DNA from: Lytechinus pictus
Taxonomy: Eukaryota
NCBI RefSeq assembly: GCF_037042905.1
Contig: NC_087249.1
Span: forward strand, 4,092,001 to 4,156,000
DNA: 64,000 bases
Direction: 5' to 3'
The position numbers and the translations under genes are program-made. Positions 13,201 to 25,868 of this stretch are shown here, piece after piece. The notes beneath the pieces were generated by a model that saw only the letters and a list, made by a program, of their open reading frames with translations, had not been told where the DNA came from and did no database searches. Every line of letters starts with the position of its first letter. Within the stretch, counting starts at the first letter, position 1.

Positions 13201-13893
13201 CCTTGTTTTTGTACAAAGCAAGTCTATGTCTCATCGCGTTTTATGCTCACGTTGAACTGTTTTCAGATGTAAACCACATCAATTCCCTCATCATTATGAT
13301 GAGATTAAAAAGAAACTGTTTGATTGACTCACGTCAAATAATTTTGCCTCTGCTATTTTTCTTTAAAAATATATAAAAGATACTATGACAATGTAATGAT
13401 ATAATAGAGTCCCTTACACAGTAAGTATAGTAGTAGTCAGGTAGTAGTGGTAGTTTCCGTGACTTCAGTCATGTCAGTGGCAAAATTATATATCCTGGTA
13501 AACATATATTTTCCTTTTTCTCTCCAATTACACATCTTAACCTCGTTAATTAGACAGAAAAAAAACTGTTTGGTGTTCTATTATAAGGAATAACATTGTT
13601 CTTTTTCAGAAATTGTGAGCACGTTCACGAAGAAAAAACTATGAGGTCGTTTAATTAATTAAGGTCAACTCGGTGATTTGTTAAACAAGCAAGAAAGAGA
13701 GAGTCAAACGGGGATGGGGACGGAAAGACATCATAACAGAGCGGGGAAGGTACGGGAGACAGATGATACTCATAACTTTAGTAGTGTAGTATTAGTTAGT
13801 CGAAACAAACTTTGTAAAGCACAGTCAAAATGATGTAGTGGACACGCTGTTAAGTCTAAAGTGATTGAACTGGATATGCTGGATTTTGGATGG

Positions 13894-13900
13894 TATAAAA
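13894..13900 (+). promoter_or_regulatory. TATA box, gene 2
   Basis: TATAAAA 115-145 nt upstream of the three in-frame ATGs. Confidence 0.55.
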
Positions 13901-14036
13901 AGAAGTGATTCATCTCCCCAATCGGTCTACATGGTCTACGGGATTCTCAGGGTTGTGCCATTTAAACAGGAAACGTTCTAGTTGTGACATTAATTAGTCG
14001 AAGTTATACATGGAGAAAGTAAAAATGGCGGCGTCG

Positions 14037-16360
14037 ATGAAGTTTTGCACCCATCTTTCCATCACGATTACTTTGTTTTATGGTGAGTACGCCATTCATG
14101 AGCTCAGTCTGGCATGCGATGTATAAATTATCTTCAGACCGATTTCCAAATGTTTCCCTATTTCGTTGTTAATGTTACTATTTTTAATTGTCTTACCATG
14201 TCATACATGTCATATCCAATACTAATTTTTGCGGCCCAGGACATGGATCTGAATAGTCTTTCATGTATTGCGATGCCTCCATTTACACATTTTACACAAA
14301 GTATTTGCAAACTTATTTTATCAATCCATTATAGTGAAAGAAAGCCAATGTTTATGGGTGATGTGATATCTCACGTCATTATTATGAAAATTGATTTAAA
14401 GTGAGTTTATATATTTTGATAGTTGATGATGAATTGAGAATAGGCACCTCGTATGGTATATCGTGAAAGATCAGAGACACGAACGGTTATCCTTGGAATA
14501 ATGGGTTTTTAACATTAATTTGAGGTTGTATATCGTTGATTGCCTGTACCAGAATAGTTTATATTGATAGCAAACTTACTATGAGGATGATCCTCAGCAA
14601 CGGGTTCTTGTCATTTTAGGGAGGATCTATCAATCTTGAAAGGAAATTGGTTCATCGCCGTGCTTCATCAAAGGCTTTCCGCTATCGAGAGATCGCTAGG
14701 GTCATTTTCACCCCAGATTTTCTCATTTAAACGATTTTTACTTCACTGCAGTCATTATTGTTTCTAAACAATTTATCATTATATTTTTCATTTTTTTTAT
14801 ATTAATGGATATAGGGGAAATGCGAAATTTATTTTATTGAATATCAATTTGCAGATGAATTGCCGTTATATATTTGGCGACGATGAGTAGAATTAGTTTT
14901 ATATTTTATCAGTGGGCTAAGGGATGACAAATACCATGAATACCCTACCGACTTAAGCTGCTGCTCGCCACACTAAATCCCGTAATATCGAATATCATGT
15001 GCTATGATTATGAAAAACGTATGTTTTGCTTCTCTTTGATGTACGCTACAATTTTGGTTGGTGTTAATGAAATGCGCAATTGTACTATTTTTTATTGTCA
15101 AATGAATGAATATAGCAACTTGTTTTTTCAACTATATTTCAAAAGAAACACGAAAATGCATAAATCAAAGAACAAATTAACTTGGCAATTAGACAATGAA
15201 TACATGTAATTAATGAAACTTTATGATATAAAAAAGTCGTATTTAAAAAAAAACGGGTAAATGATTCCTTAAAATATATGTTAATCCCTTAACTGACGTC
15301 CAATAATTGACACAGTTCCCTTATGTTAGATCTTTTGAACGATCAATGAATGACAAAACACATATATAAAAAAAAATATTTGCTTGAATTTACATTATCA
15401 TTGTTTTCCAGAAAAAAAACATATATGTAAATATAACCAGTAAAATTGCCTTTTGGTCTACACCCACTTTGTTTAGTTTCCGTTTGGTTTAATTCCACAT
15501 GGTATAATCCTACTTCGTCTATCATCAGTTCATCTACTACCCATTTGGTCTTACGGCTATTTAGCGCTCCTATAATTTTGTTTAATTTGCAGTTTGGTTA
15601 TAAGCATTTTATTCAATATCTTCTTGGTCTAGCACTTAAATAGTTGAACTGTTCATGGATTAAAATGTCTGTAAATTGACAAGTCAAAGTAATCAAAAGA
15701 CGAAGTGGAAATCAAATTCGACTTGATGAAACAAAGTAAGTGTAGTGTAGACCAAAAGGATGAAGCCCATGTGGTTGTAGACTATGACAGAAGTGGACCA
15801 ACTGTTTGAATAATTGAGTAACAATAGTAAATACTTTTAATATATACTGATTATTTTTGTTCTTATTTCAATACCTGACAGCTTTATGTTTGAGGATAGA
15901 GGCGAAGCCAGCCCAAGCCCTCTCGAGGCAAACCGCTGTCAACAATATTCCCCTCGCTCAGACACAGATGGAAATGGAAGCAGATAACGATGTCTATGAA
16001 AGCGACATAGAAGAACCCTCCAACAACGACCCCGAAGAAGCGGACAATGAAAACGAAAACGACATTGAAGTCGAATCCGTTGTCGCTGGCGATGCTGATG
16101 CCGATTTAGATGTGATTGAAGTTGATGCCGGACCTCCAAACCCCATTGGTCGTAACGGATGGACAGGATCTGGATTGTGGAAATCAAAAAAGCGAAACGA
16201 ACACAGCTCCTTGGCCACAGAGAGTAAAGTATCCCACATCGGAATTGGTTTTGGGGTCGTCATCCTCGTGATCGCAGTGGTGGTCGTCTCTGGATTAGCT
16301 ATTAAGAGGCCAGGTTCAAGTAATACCAGTAATATACCTCCCGAACTGAATATAGACTAA
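14037..16360 (+). CDS. P16-related Asp/Glu/Asn-rich type-I membrane protein (gene 2); join(14037..14082,15882..16360), 174 aa (in-frame upstream ATGs at 14010 and 14025)
   Basis: Exon 1 MKFCTHLSITITLFY+G then GTGAGT. Acceptor tttcaatacctgacAG ends at 15881. The phase-1 join gives signal peptide ...ALCLRIEA, then RQTAVNNIPLAQTQ, acidic EADNDVYESDIEEPSNNDPEEADNENENDIE, TM IGIGFGVVILVIAVVVVSGLAI, KR and a short tail. AATAAA at 16383. Confidence 0.87.
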
Positions 16361-18748
16361 GGCTCATATTTGTCTTAAATTGAATAAACAGGTATATAAA
16401 ATCGGAAGATATCAATATATCCCATGTCCTCCTTTCCCCTTCTTAAACCAGCCCTTCCCTCTCTCTCTCTCTCTCTAGATTCCACTCTTTATCTCCTCCC
16501 TCAAATCTCCCTTTCTTTCATGGGATTGCCCGATTATATTTTTATTTGATTACGAACTTGTTTATGAACATTTTGATAAAGATAAATGTATATTATGATT
16601 GAAAGTTTATATCAAATGGATTTAAATCATTATAATTGCTGATATGAGGTGTTTTTATTTGCAGTGGGGAAAATGATCAAGAGATGGAAGCAAGGGAGAG
16701 TAAAAAGAACGCTGTTGATGTTAATGATGATCATAAATGGATGAAGGGAATGATCTTGATGAAAATAGATCTTCTCATAGTGTTAATGCTGTTGAAGATA
16801 AAATTGATAATGATGATAATGAAAAATTATGTTTGTGATTATGAAAATGTTAATGGTGGTGGTGATGATGATGACATTAATGCTTATGATTATACTGATG
16901 ATTTCAATCGCATATATTATGTGTGATTGAAATCATCAGTAGAATCATAAGCATGATGCACATTTCCCATAACGTTAATATGATGATGATTTATTTTCAG
17001 ATATTTTATAAACATCTGATAAGAATTTAAAAAATCGTAACACTTTGATTTCAAAAGTTAAAAATGTCCTTTGAAAGATCTGTTGAAATACCTCATACTG
17101 AAAACAATTAGGTTTTCGGCAACTAGTATATATTTTTTATAAAGAGAGCAAATATGAACCATATAGCAAATAACTCATCAAAAATTATTATGTCTGTATA
17201 TGAGCATTCTCACACGCGGAGAGGTCAAATGGGTTAGAATTGTCAGAATCATAGCAACATAAGTGTTAACAAGCAACTATCATAACTGTGAGACCAATAT
17301 CATTGTTATCCTGGTTGTTATCATCCTTACTTGTCCCAAAGAATTCCTGAGAAAGAGAGAGAAAGAGAGAGAGAGAGAAAGAGGGAAGAAGGGGAGAGGG
17401 GGAAGGGGAGAAGGAGAGGGACAACATATATAGTGCTGATCAATATCGATGAGAAATTGGAAGTCTCTCAAGGAAATCCCTAAATGGCTCTGAATAACTG
17501 GCGTGACCCAGGGCTGTGTCCTTGCCCTTGCCTTATTTAAGCCACGATTTCATTGATATTATCTGTAAATGGCTAAATGCAGAAAACCACTCAAGGAATA
17601 TTTACTTATTAAAGTAAAGTGATTAGCTCGATTACTTTCACTGGACGTTATATAACGACATGACTATTGTCTACGATATTCGTCACTTTTTTACAAAAGA
17701 AAAGTGATAGTATCCCTTAACTATAAGGAACCGTTGACAAACATTGCTCTTGAATATACAGGGATCTTATCATAAGAAAAAAAAAAAGGAAATACTCAGT
17801 TAGTAATTTATAATTTCAGTTAAAAAATTATTAGGTAGTTATACATTTAAGAACTGTAATTATAATTGGTCCTTTTTATATCAACTGAATGGAATGGAAA
17901 TACACACATTTCTTAATGGTTATAATGTGAACAGTGCTCTTCAGTCTACAACGAAATTTTTCATGCACAATTGGTTCCCAGTTGACAAAAATATTGTCTC
18001 AAAGTTAAATCAATTCAAGCTTTGTATTTTCATGGCTAACGTGAATAGTAAGCCTTTAACCCCTTCCCTAACATCGACATAGGACAAAAGATTATTCAAT
18101 TTCTAATAAATTTTGCAATACGATGAGGAAAAGTTATAAAGTGATGGGTAATTTTACAGCCACACCAGAATAACAAACTTCGAACCGACCTAGTTTGTCA
18201 GTCGACGTATATCATTGATCAGTCTGGAATAATTTTTCAGTGATGACTACAACGTCCATCGATGACAGTATTTACATCATTTTAAGATTATTGAATAAAT
18301 TAATCAAACTCCACATAACAAGTCTTTACTTTGATATGCTACGAGATGTGCAATGAAAATATAGCTTCTGGTAATGACTAAACACCGCAGTAAAATTAAT
18401 TGACGGAAGGACATGGAATTCGGCTGTTTTATAAAGTAGCTCATTATAAATGCAGATATAGAAATGACTAATAAGTTTTCTTCTGCAGTCGGCAAATCCT
18501 CATGAAAGTAACGAATCAACATTGCAATATGAATGCAAAGACACGTGGATTAAGATGGAGGATTTAGGGGGATTCGTGCATGTGTCAGGGTGGGAAGACG
18601 TGCCCCCTGAACGCCGGGGCTGACGTGGGAGATAGATGCGACTGTATGAAACAAGGTCAAGGTATAGGATTTGGGTATAATTCTTAGTTGCGAGTTTCTC
18701 TCTTGGATAACAGCTGGATGGTTTGCTTTGATGGAGAATATAATTGCT

Positions 18749-18755
18749 TATAAAG
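18749..18755 (+). promoter_or_regulatory. TATA box, gene 3
   Basis: TATAAAG ~190 nt upstream of ATG 18938. Confidence 0.45.
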
Positions 18756-18937
18756 CAGTGTAAAATTTAGCGGAATCATTAAAGTTTGTTTTAACAACGT
18801 GAGTTATTGGTGTATCTGTGTTGATTCGCTAAGTATAATTCAGTCGTTGCTCCTGATCACAGGGATGAGATTTTTAACCATTCAAGCTTTGAAGAAAAAC
18901 ATTTTGAAGTCAAGTTTGGGGAGTTTTATCAAGCATA

Positions 18938-20213
18938 ATGCCTACGTCTTCAACCTTTCTTTGTCTATCGATAATAGTTCTTGGTGAGTAAATTTCGCTA
19001 GCATTTCTGTTTACTGCTGGATTATTCTGAGAAATAATAATATTTCATCTTCATATGTTTTAATTTCTTCTACCTCTTTTGTTAATAGTTTTCTTCTTTA
19101 AAAAAAAACCGAAAGGCATGCTCAATTGTGAAATAAATGCAAATACCGGAAATTTATATGGCATAAATACAATGTACATAGTCATGATATTCGGCAATCT
19201 CCAAAATAACCAAGAGAGTTAAGAAAATGAAATTTATACCGCTTTTGTAATTTTTGTAGACTTGTCCTCCTGGAAAATTTTCCTGTATGTAATTTGTGTT
19301 TACCTCATGAGACGCCACAAACAAAGAAAACATGATATCTGCCAAGTGAATAAATCAAACTTAATACTTATATATTTCAATTAGGTAAATGATAAATGGT
19401 GGTGATTTTTTTACCTGAAAGCATGAGGATTAATTCCTTGCCAAACGGCACTAGCGCACCAAGTGGGTATCGAATCCGGTCACCGGAATCCGAAACCCCC
19501 GCTCTACCGAATGAGCTATTGCGCCTCCAAGAAGATGGATTAATACATGAATAACGAAAATTGTTAGGTGAGTATTAACTGGATAATGTTTTTTCTTCTT
19601 CCTGTTGTTATCAGTCTTGTGCGCCATTGCTGACGCAAGACCATACGGGAAATATCCAACACCAGATAAACCTGAAAAGCCACATGGACCAGAAGGACCC
19701 GTACAGCCATTTGCCTTCTTGAAGACGTTTGGAGCTGGCTTCGTTAATCCTGCACAACCCAAATCTCCCGCAGCCCTCAACCGTCAAACAATCTTTGACG
19801 GTCCATTCAACCAAGTTGACTACCCTGATCAACCAGACATCCCAGATGCTCCTGATATCCCTGACGCACCTGACGCACCCGATGCACCCGACGCTCCTGA
19901 CGCACCGGACTATGAAGAATACGAGCCTCCTGATACACCAGACGTTGGGGCACATGAAAATCCAGGAGTCTTCTCCGATGGTGGATTCGGTTTTCTCGGA
20001 GGAGCTGCCCAAGCACCTTTCATGATGACTGGTGGTAAATCCCCGAGCTCGATGGGTCAGGGGATGATGACCAAATACAGGAAGGGTTCGAGTTCGGGAT
20101 CTAGTGTCGGCATCGCTTTCGCCGTGCTCGCCATCATTGGTTGCACAATTGCACTGGGGGTTTTCTTTTTCAAAAAGTACAGACACCATATTCCGGTTAT
20201 CGTCCTTAAGTAA
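18938..20213 (+). CDS. P16-related Pro/Asp-repeat type-I membrane protein (gene 3); join(18938..18983,19615..20213), 214 aa
   Basis: Exon 1 MPTSSTFLCLSIIVL+G then GTGAGT. Acceptor ttttcttcttcctgttgttatcAG ends at 19614. The phase-1 join gives signal ...VLCAIADA, then RQTIFDGPFNQVD, (PDx)n, TM SVGIAFAVLAIIGCTIALGVFFF and tail KKYRHHIPVIVLK. AATAAA at 20585. Confidence 0.9.
19415..19528 (-). mobile_element. tRNA-derived SINE fragment in the gene 3 intron
   Basis: GGAGGCGCAATAGCTCATTCGGTAGAGC...GGATTCGATACCC followed by SINE body TTTGGCAAGGAATTAATCCTCA. Confidence 0.6.
19818..19943 (+). repeat. 9-bp coding repeat encoding (Pro-Asp-x)n in gene 3
   Basis: CCT/CCA/CCC/CCG-GAT/GAC-NNN units reading DYPDQPDIPDAPDIPDAPDAPDAPDAPDAPDYEEYEPPDTPD. 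Confidence 0.9.
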
Positions 20214-20757
20214 ATCACCTCCCGCAAATTCGTCCAAAATTTCTTGAAGACTGCCGGACACTCTTGAGAAATTTTTGGATGTACATGATGTATCAATCAT
20301 TATTGTGAGCTTTATTATTTGGCTTGTGACAAGGGACGATGGCATTTATTAGCAATCACATGGACATTGAAACATGCAAGAAGTATCGAGGATATTAATA
20401 GACTCTTAATGAATCTGCAACATGAAGATAAAAATTAATTGATTAATAATTGTCATCCTTTGGTCTGTGTCATCTCTACCCAAATACATCACGTATAAAA
20501 GAGGAACTGAGTGTCATGAATCGTAAATGTTGGAATATCAATGAGCTGGTTTGCCTTACTGTTAATTCTCGTCTACCATGATAAAATAAATTTATAGATA
20601 TACACTACTTGGTTGAATCATACTTTTAAATTGTGATAATTTTGGAGTATTTTCATTTAGGCATAGATTTGATTGATATTTAAATGAAAACAGCACGTGT
20701 AATTATTGTGAAGGAAAATTCGAGACAAGGGGGGGTGAGAATAAGACTAGAGAGAGG

Positions 20758-20796
<39 letters not shown>

Positions 20797-23700
20797 GGGG
20801 GGCGAGGGGTAGACAAATGGGGGAAGGAATAGTGAGACCATCGGGTAGAAGATGGATCAATATGGATTAAGATAGATATATAAAAAAGGTATAGAGTTAT
20901 CATTATGATATCAAGAGATGGAAAAGCTAGAATTGTTGAATAAAAAATGCATGATCAAAATTAATGGTGAAATACAGATGGAGGGAATGGGAGAGAAACC
21001 GAGAGATTTAGGGAGAAAGAAATAGAGAGAGGGGAGACCCTACTGAAACAAAGAAACAAGTGTTACACATAATACACGTACTTAATGTAAGTGTAAATGC
21101 ACCAATCTAACACGTAATGACCTTGGTGTCCGTGTTAATCGGGGCACTTTCACCCAATAACAATGTTCAAACTGAGTATGGAGAGGGTAGAGAGAGAAAA
21201 GGAGAGAGAGAGAGAGAGAGGAGAGAGAGGCGGATAACCATGAAGACAGGAAAAGTGAGCAGGGAGAAAACGAGGCTAAAAGATTTTATAGAATAAACCA
21301 TAAAAATTTAGAATTCTTAACAATATGAGTAGTATCTTAATAAATGCTTGAAGACAAACGGATAAAGAATGTGAGAAGTTATTATGACATACACATCATG
21401 AAATAACTAAGTAGAATTAATTTGAAAACATGATTAGTATGTTGATGTGTTGAACTTATATTTTGAACTGCAAATCAATTTTCAACTTTTCAAGAGAAAA
21501 ACAGGAACTACTTTTTATGATTATGTTTAAAATGTTATGCGAAAAATATATTTATGAAAACCACTGAAAATACTGGGAAAAAATTATGCATGAACAGGAA
21601 ATGGCCATTTGCTAGTAATTTTGTGAATGACAATTAAACATAATAGTAGAATGATTTGCACCAAGCAATGCCAAGAGAACATTGGCAACTTCAGATCTCC
21701 TTACATTTAACGATTTGGGAGAATAAGACGGGTAAGGGAGGGAGGGGGGGGGGAGAATCGAGATGTAAAAAAAGGAGAAACAATTTCGCAATAAAGAGAG
21801 GGAAAATGTTCATACTGATTCAATAATTTATTGCATTTCATAATTTCACAATAAAACGAACTTTTAGGAATATATACATATATATCCGACATAAATATAC
21901 AATAATTATTCAACATGTTCAGTGCAGCATACAACGTGTCGAGATAGAAAATAATTAAACAAAAACAGTCTTTCAAAGACATGAAAGACTCGACTTGGCA
22001 CGAAATTAATCAATCACATCAATCATGTCAATAATGACTAATCATACAAAACAGAGACGCTACAATTAATAACCTGTTTCAACAGATTTAAACGTACGTG
22101 TCAAATTAAATGCTTCGGAATGAATTGTGTGCTGGCCAATAAGAGGAAAAATCCTGAAATATCGTATTTATCGTATGGAAAAATACTCATAATCAATGTA
22201 TTTTCCTGCAATGTCTAATGCTTAGACTGGTTTCTCTGACCTTGTTAAGTATATTGGAACATATCCAACCATTATACTAATAATGTGGCTCGACATTTTG
22301 ACAACACTGCTTAGCTGCATTTTCTGAGGTCGTTGCCAGTTTAAACTGTCTGCATGATTCATCGATATTAATTGTTAGCACTAGACCCATGTTACATGTC
22401 GATAGACCTGCTCAAGTAGCTTATCTTCTGTGAAACTAGAATTATTATGGCCAAAACCTATTGACAATAGATACTGACTGTGTTCTAGCACAAGTTATCA
22501 AAATACGTGTTCAATATCGTCAATAAGTTTGTAAAATTATCCATCAAAATCAACTGATTATGGGTATGATCTTTGGCTTGGTTGTATTAACTAGAAATAT
22601 AAGCAAGTACATATACCTGCAAATATGACCATTACAATTAAAATGATAGTTATTAAAAAGATAAACATCTTATGCTTATATCGTCCCACATACACACGTC
22701 AGTGAGAGTTTCCGTGATTTTTTTTTATCAAGAATGTTTATGCTTGGAGAAAATATAAAAATTATAATACTACAAATCCATATAGGCCTATCATTCTTAT
22801 ATGTGAGTAACCAAATAGTAAGTTTAAAGCAATTAATATGAAAAATCATCGCTTCAAAGGCTATCTGAAATTAGGTGATAGCATGTTTCTTCTGGAAGAA
22901 AAGCTAGAATACACTTAATATTCCACATTTATATTTCATATTAAAACTCTGAAGCGATGAAGAAAAAAATAAACGAATGCTTCTCAGTCAAAGTAAAACG
23001 CATTTCCAAATTCACGAGAATGATATTGTCGAACGTGGATATTTTGAACCCAAGATAAGATGGTTAACGATTAAGTTTATTACGCATAATGCAACGCACT
23101 TTCAGAGATATGTGACAGAGCAACATATTTCTCATTCAGTATTCCAAACATAGTCAAAGTATTGTGACTTAATGGATAATGGATAGACTATCAAAACACA
23201 AAAATTCTAACACCACACAATATATAAAACTCTCTTGTTGGTGGTTGGTAGGCGATTTTAGGTTTTATCACGTGATCAGCTTTGACAAATTGCGGACATG
23301 GCAGAATAGGATTGGTATGATGCATGTTATGTGCTATGTTGGTCACATTTTTCAATCGCTTTATAATTCTTCCCATTGCAGTTGATGAAATATGTCCAAA
23401 ATATATTGTTCCTGGGTTATCCAACTTATACAAAACTGCTTCGTTATGTTAAAACTGTTATGACAAAATTCGAATGTGAGATTATAGGTTTTATAACAAT
23501 CTGATATTTATAAATAATAAATCTGTTGTTCTTGAAATTTTTAGATCATTTAAGATAAAGATAAATCACATCTGCGATGTGGCCATGATGGATGACGTAT
23601 TAAAGGGGGACGCCCTCATCTGTAGGTCGGCATTGCATTATTCTTGCTATCTCCATTCTGTATCTAAAGTGCACTAGTGTGTGTGATCCTAGCGTGTTTC

Positions 23701-24374
23701 TTTAATTGAAATTAGCGGAAAACATGATTGTCCACACGCTTTAAGGTATATACCTATTTAAAATGTGTGTTTTTTAATGATGATCTCAGAAACGTGTTTT
23801 ATTTATTTCTCAATTCTAACGACATTTTTTTAATTGAATGTGTTTACACTAAACCAAAAATGTAAAAATGCCACACATCTTTGTAAGGTCTGTACTACGG
23901 TAATTATGTCTTATTTTCTCAAATCTCATCCCTGTATATCTTATCTGATCGCCCCTATCATCATAGAGGAATGGGGAGGGTGGGTAAGGATGGGGAATGT
24001 AGAAAATCGGCTGTACTTTCATAATTTTTTTCTCTGATATTTGTGAGTCATTAAATTGTGATACTTCATCTGGTATGATACAGCTTCTTTAAACAATATT
24101 ACATGAGTTTAAGTAATTGGTTCGAATATTTTTTTTTTACAATTTTTCCTTTGTGAACTGCATTGTATGAATTTGATTTGAAAGAAAAACAATAAAACAT
24201 TTAAAAAAAAACTAATGTTGTTGTATATTATTTTTAAATAAACATGATTAAGAAAACTGCATTTCTAAAAATGGACTTATATCCTGAAAATCAACTGACA
24301 GCACGTAAACACATGTATCATGGACAACATTTTAATACGAAAGGCACCTGATTTTGGTTAATCACTTAGCTGCT

Positions 24375-25102
24375 CTAACAGTTGGTCATCTTGATGAAAG
24401 GAATACGGAGCTTATTTCTTTTGATGACATACACAGACACTCCGACAGCGGCACCGATCAGAGCGAGCACGGCGAAGGCGATGCCGACACTTGAACTGGA
24501 CGTCGATGCCTTCTTAAGTGGTTCCATTCCAGGGTTCTCACCATTGGGACTGCCAAAGATTGGAAGCTTTCCTCCATGGGCACGGTCGTTGTGACGGTTA
24601 CCCATTGGCTCTACGCCATCACCGTAGTCGCCGACATCAGCTCCCTCAGCACTGACATCGCCTTCCGCTGATGACTCACCAGAGGAACTGCTGTCACCTG
24701 CGCTGCCGCCGGCGTCCATCTGGTTCAAGGGAGCGTCAAACATGTTCTGTTCAGCCGGTGGAGGAATCGCATGTTGGGCCTTGGCGTGTCTTGGGTGGCG
24801 GCCTGAGAGCTTGACGGGATTTGCGTCGACAACCATGCAGTAAGCTGTATAGAATGTATTGAAGTGTAATGCAAAGATAATTAGCAGTATGACATCGGCA
24901 ATTCATTTTTTAAAAATAATTTTCTCTTCATTCATCAGTACAAATAATGATGTGCCCTTTCCGAGACGTATATGTTGTATGCGAGTCACGACAAAGTCTA
25001 CCCTATATTGTAATTAATGACAATTCTTCAAAATCATTTCAAGCGAAATTCTATCGATATTAACCAAATATCAACAAAACAATCATTATGTGGAGGAACT
25101 GA

Positions 25103-25175
<73 letters not shown>

Positions 25176-25593
25176 GAGGTGCACTAGATAACGGAGGCCT
25201 GCTCCCCGCCCCTGAAGTGTAAGGATTCGCTAATAGTATCTGTCATCAATAGGTACTATTATATGACTATGTATGTCAAATATTTATAAGAACCCCCAAC
25301 ATGGATTTCATAAAGTTTAACATCACCGCAAATATTGGAATTCATAGTAGAATTGATCCATGTATATGATTATTTTGGCCAAAGACGTGAATTATGTGAG
25401 CTTTTAAAATTGTCATCTTAACATGATTGTAGAGTTATGATTGTTGATTACTTATTTTAGATGATGAATATATATTTTTAGATGATTTCTGGATGGGACA
25501 CCGTCTTATGTCAAGACATAGGAGCATGCAGGTGTATGAATACTTACCGATGAGTGTTGCGAGGATGCAGAACAGCTTTCCTTTGGAGCACAT
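24375..25593 (-). CDS. P16-related Ser/Gly/Asp-rich type-I membrane protein (gene 4); complement(join(24375..24844,25548..25593)), 171 aa
   Basis: Exon 1 accatcATG encodes MCSKGKLFCILATLI+G then GTAAGT. Acceptor attctatacAG precedes 24844. Signal ...AYCMVVDA, then EQNMFDAPLNQMD, DSSSSGESSAEGDVSAEG, TM SVGIAFAVLALIGAAVGVSVYVI and tail KRNKLRIPFIKMTNC. Confidence 0.9.
25108..25178. repeat. (GA)n microsatellite in the gene 4 intron
   Basis: Direct inspection. Confidence 0.9.
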
Positions 25594-25861
25594 GATGGTT
25601 CTGGTTGTTTTTTATTCTCGTAGGGGTTACCAGAGAGGATGTAGTAATATTGGTTCACACTGATCGATATACTAATGAAGCTTTGACGATTCGTATTGCT
25701 GAAAAAGAAGCCAAGTCTTATACCTTTCGACTATGTTTCCTAGAAGTTTTTTAACTGTTTAAATGCAGGAAGATGAAATAGCTCAAAATCAATTATTTTG
25801 ATGTTCTAATTGGAAAGAAGTCGAAAACTTGACTGATGAATTCTGTCTGGTGTCCCGTCCC

Positions 25862-25868
25862 TTTTATA
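25862..25868 (-). promoter_or_regulatory. TATA box, gene 4
   Basis: Minus-strand TATAAAA followed by GGG, ~270 nt upstream of ATG 25593. Confidence 0.5.

Noticed and set aside
13640-13670. Alx1-type palindromic homeodomain site
   Set aside because: TAAT-NN-ATTA spacing here, and 4-bp spacing at other sites noticed, rather than TAAT-NNN-ATTA; such motifs are expected by chance in AT-rich DNA.
19450-19528. Functional tRNA gene (also 13067-13140, 40660-40735, 46690-46766)
   Set aside because: A/B boxes are present but the stems are broken and each continues into a SINE body.
19561-19614. Alternative donor AG|GTGAGT just upstream of the gene 3 acceptor
   Set aside because: Would leave a ~47-nt intron, and there is no upstream signal-peptide frame; the 18938-18983 exon fits the family pattern.
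19611-20345. 244-aa minus-strand ORF, the longest in the track
   Set aside because: Antisense shadow of gene 3; no signal peptide or family motif, whereas the plus strand has splice sites, signal peptide and TM.
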